From the NCBI RefSeq assembly GCF_964204645.1, contig NC_134030.1, positions 15,686,110 through 15,750,109 on the forward strand: a stretch of DNA of 64,000 bases, written 5' to 3'. This DNA is from Tubulanus polymorphus. Its lineage: Eukaryota > Animalia > Nemertea. The first letter of the stretch is position 1; each line of letters opens with the position of its first letter. This document shows positions 62,056 through 64,000 of this stretch, in pieces. The notes under the pieces are model-generated. The model did no database searches, was not told where the DNA came from, and was given only the letters and a program-made list of their open reading frames with translations. The translations under genes were made by a program, and so were the position numbers.

Positions 62056-64000
62056 TGTCACCCTGATATAATTTGCATATTTCATAATCATATAGATCTA
62101 CAATGTCATATCGAACAGTTCATAACATTTCATAGCTCTACTACATATTAATAATAATAATATAATATAACTTATGATTATAGTGTCAATATGTGCTTTA
62201 AGGTCGTAATCAACATGTGACATTACTCAACATGTTTTCACGATAATTAGCTATAGTCAGTGCTCATCGATAATTAATTAATGTCTCTCAAACATGTCAC
62301 TAGGTGTTTGTTTGTGAGTCCTGATGTCTACAACTTGTCTGACACCTAGTTCTCACATTATACTCATGATTCTGTATATAAAGACTATGTAAGGCTATGA
62401 TAATCATTCTCATTCCGGGATGCAATAAAGATTGTACATAGGCCTATAAGGTTTAACTGCCTTGTTGTTCCTGATGGATGGAATCCTGTACCGCTGGTGT
62501 AAATGCTAGTCACCCAGCCAGCTTGCCGATACAACAACCAGCCGGTTACACAAATTTAAGTCCTCGTGACTTGCACAAGTACAGATGAAGCTGTTAAACT
62601 ATTGGTTGTGACTGGAACGTTGACCTCACGAGAAGATCGTATTCAACTGCACCTGTGACGAGATGGCCGTACTGATCGTGAACATTGCTGCTGTTTCAGT
62701 GGATACAATGCAGTTGCTTCTTTGTCTCGAATTAGTGGTCAGATGAACATGATAGAAAATTATAGGAATTTGGATATAAGATACTACCGTACGATCAAAA
62801 AAGTTATCGCCGGTTTAAATAGTATGATTCACGATTCTTTTTTTCTAGGCATCTAGTTCCAATCAGCATAAATCAATTTTAGTTTCATTTCGTACTATAA
62901 GTATTAGAATACGGAACACTTCTCAGGGGATATGTCTAAGGTTAATTAGTCAAATTCATCTACTTACAGGACAATGCGTATCTATACTTTTTTCGCAACA
63001 AACTATTTCGACTATACTAAAGGTTTAATCAGCAATTTTCATTTTCGTAGGTTCATATTTTTTGTTTGTTAGTAGGCCCTATAACTAAAACATGAAGATG
63101 AATTGGTTGAATTTTTATGTGGACAAATATATAATCTCAGTTACACCTGGCCACTTATTTTGGATGATGATAATTTTTTCCTTTTGGTTGACAAGGGTAA
63201 CTGTATTTGTGTTGTGTCATTGCCTGAACTCTGCTCTGATGTCGAATGTTGCATGTTACTATCATTGTGTCACGAAGTTATTTCCAGTCAGTAATCGAAA
63301 GATCTTCAAAACAGAGAAATGCGTAGGCCTACTACTTGCAACTTGCATCACCAACTGATCTTCGGGACGCTATAACTACACAACACGTCGCTACTTCTGT
63401 TCGTCGCAGAACCAACCAGAATTCGGGGATCCTCTGCAGATCATTCAAAATCACAGTTAACGTATTATCGCATCGTCCGTAAATAACTACAACATGTGAC
63501 TCTTTCGTGAATGACTGAGAATCCGGCCGTTACTGTCCAGCGTTTGCACATTTTCGCGCGGTGAAAGTCAATCTTTCATGTTTTCGCGATGGAAGGAGTT
63601 TTGATGAACTTATAGTATCTGCGTTTTCCGCAAATTTGGAGGACCAAATTTAATTGGACAAGAGGGCATCTGTCACCCTGATATAATTTGCATATTTCAT
63701 AATCATATAGATCTACAATGTCATATCGAACAGTTCATAACATTTCATAGCTCTACTACATATTAATAATAATAATAATAATATAATATAACTTATGACT
63801 ATAGTGTCAATATGTGCTTTAAGGTCGTAATCAACATGTGACATTACTCAACATGTTTTCACGATACTTAGCTATAGTCAGTGCTCATCGATAATTAATT
63901 AATGTCTCTCAAACATGTCACTAGGTGTTTGTTTGTGAGTCCTGATGTCTACAACTTGTCTGACACCTAGTTCTCACATTATACTCATGATTCTGTATAT
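62056..64000 (+). mobile_element. Probable non-coding LTR element (TRIM-like) or tandem LTR duplication
   Basis: Near-identical direct repeats starting TGTCACCC at 62056 and 63671; the second is preceded by a purine tract and cut by the window edge. Confidence 0.6.

Noticed and set aside
52640-64000. Short ORFs in the right-hand region as host genes
   Set aside because: No recognisable domains; most fall within repeats or MITEs.

Overview
Eukaryotic DNA, most likely from an invertebrate animal, made almost entirely of nested mobile elements; I found no host gene. Outermost is a Gypsy LTR retrotransposon split and inverted: its 5' LTR is at 293-428 on - and its 3' half at 50528-52634 on +, with a matching CTGTT TSD. 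Between the halves lies a very AT-rich, decaying Polinton/Maverick (adintovirus-like) provirus, about 1489-23505 plus 48620-50527. It has two pPolB copies, major and minor capsid, packaging ATPase, integrase, an HNH nuclease and membrane proteins. The Polinton is interrupted by a Helentron/DINE-like element (~23508-48618). That element holds a 21.6 kb Mutator-like element (24120-45721, ~117 bp TIRs, 9 bp TSD), which in turn holds a BEL/Pao element with apparently identical LTRs, a Penelope fragment with a hammerhead ribozyme, and two satellites. Highlights: (1) an intein C-terminal remnant at the pol-c site of one Polinton polymerase; (2) poxvirus-late-like TAAATG starts on nearly every Polinton gene, suggesting dependence on a large cytoplasmic helper virus; (3) a reconstructable 9-exon, ~2183 aa MULE protein joining an SGNH hydrolase, Ulp1-like protease, GATA finger, DDE transposase, SWIM and PHD. 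All calls are by-eye motif recognition without database searches.
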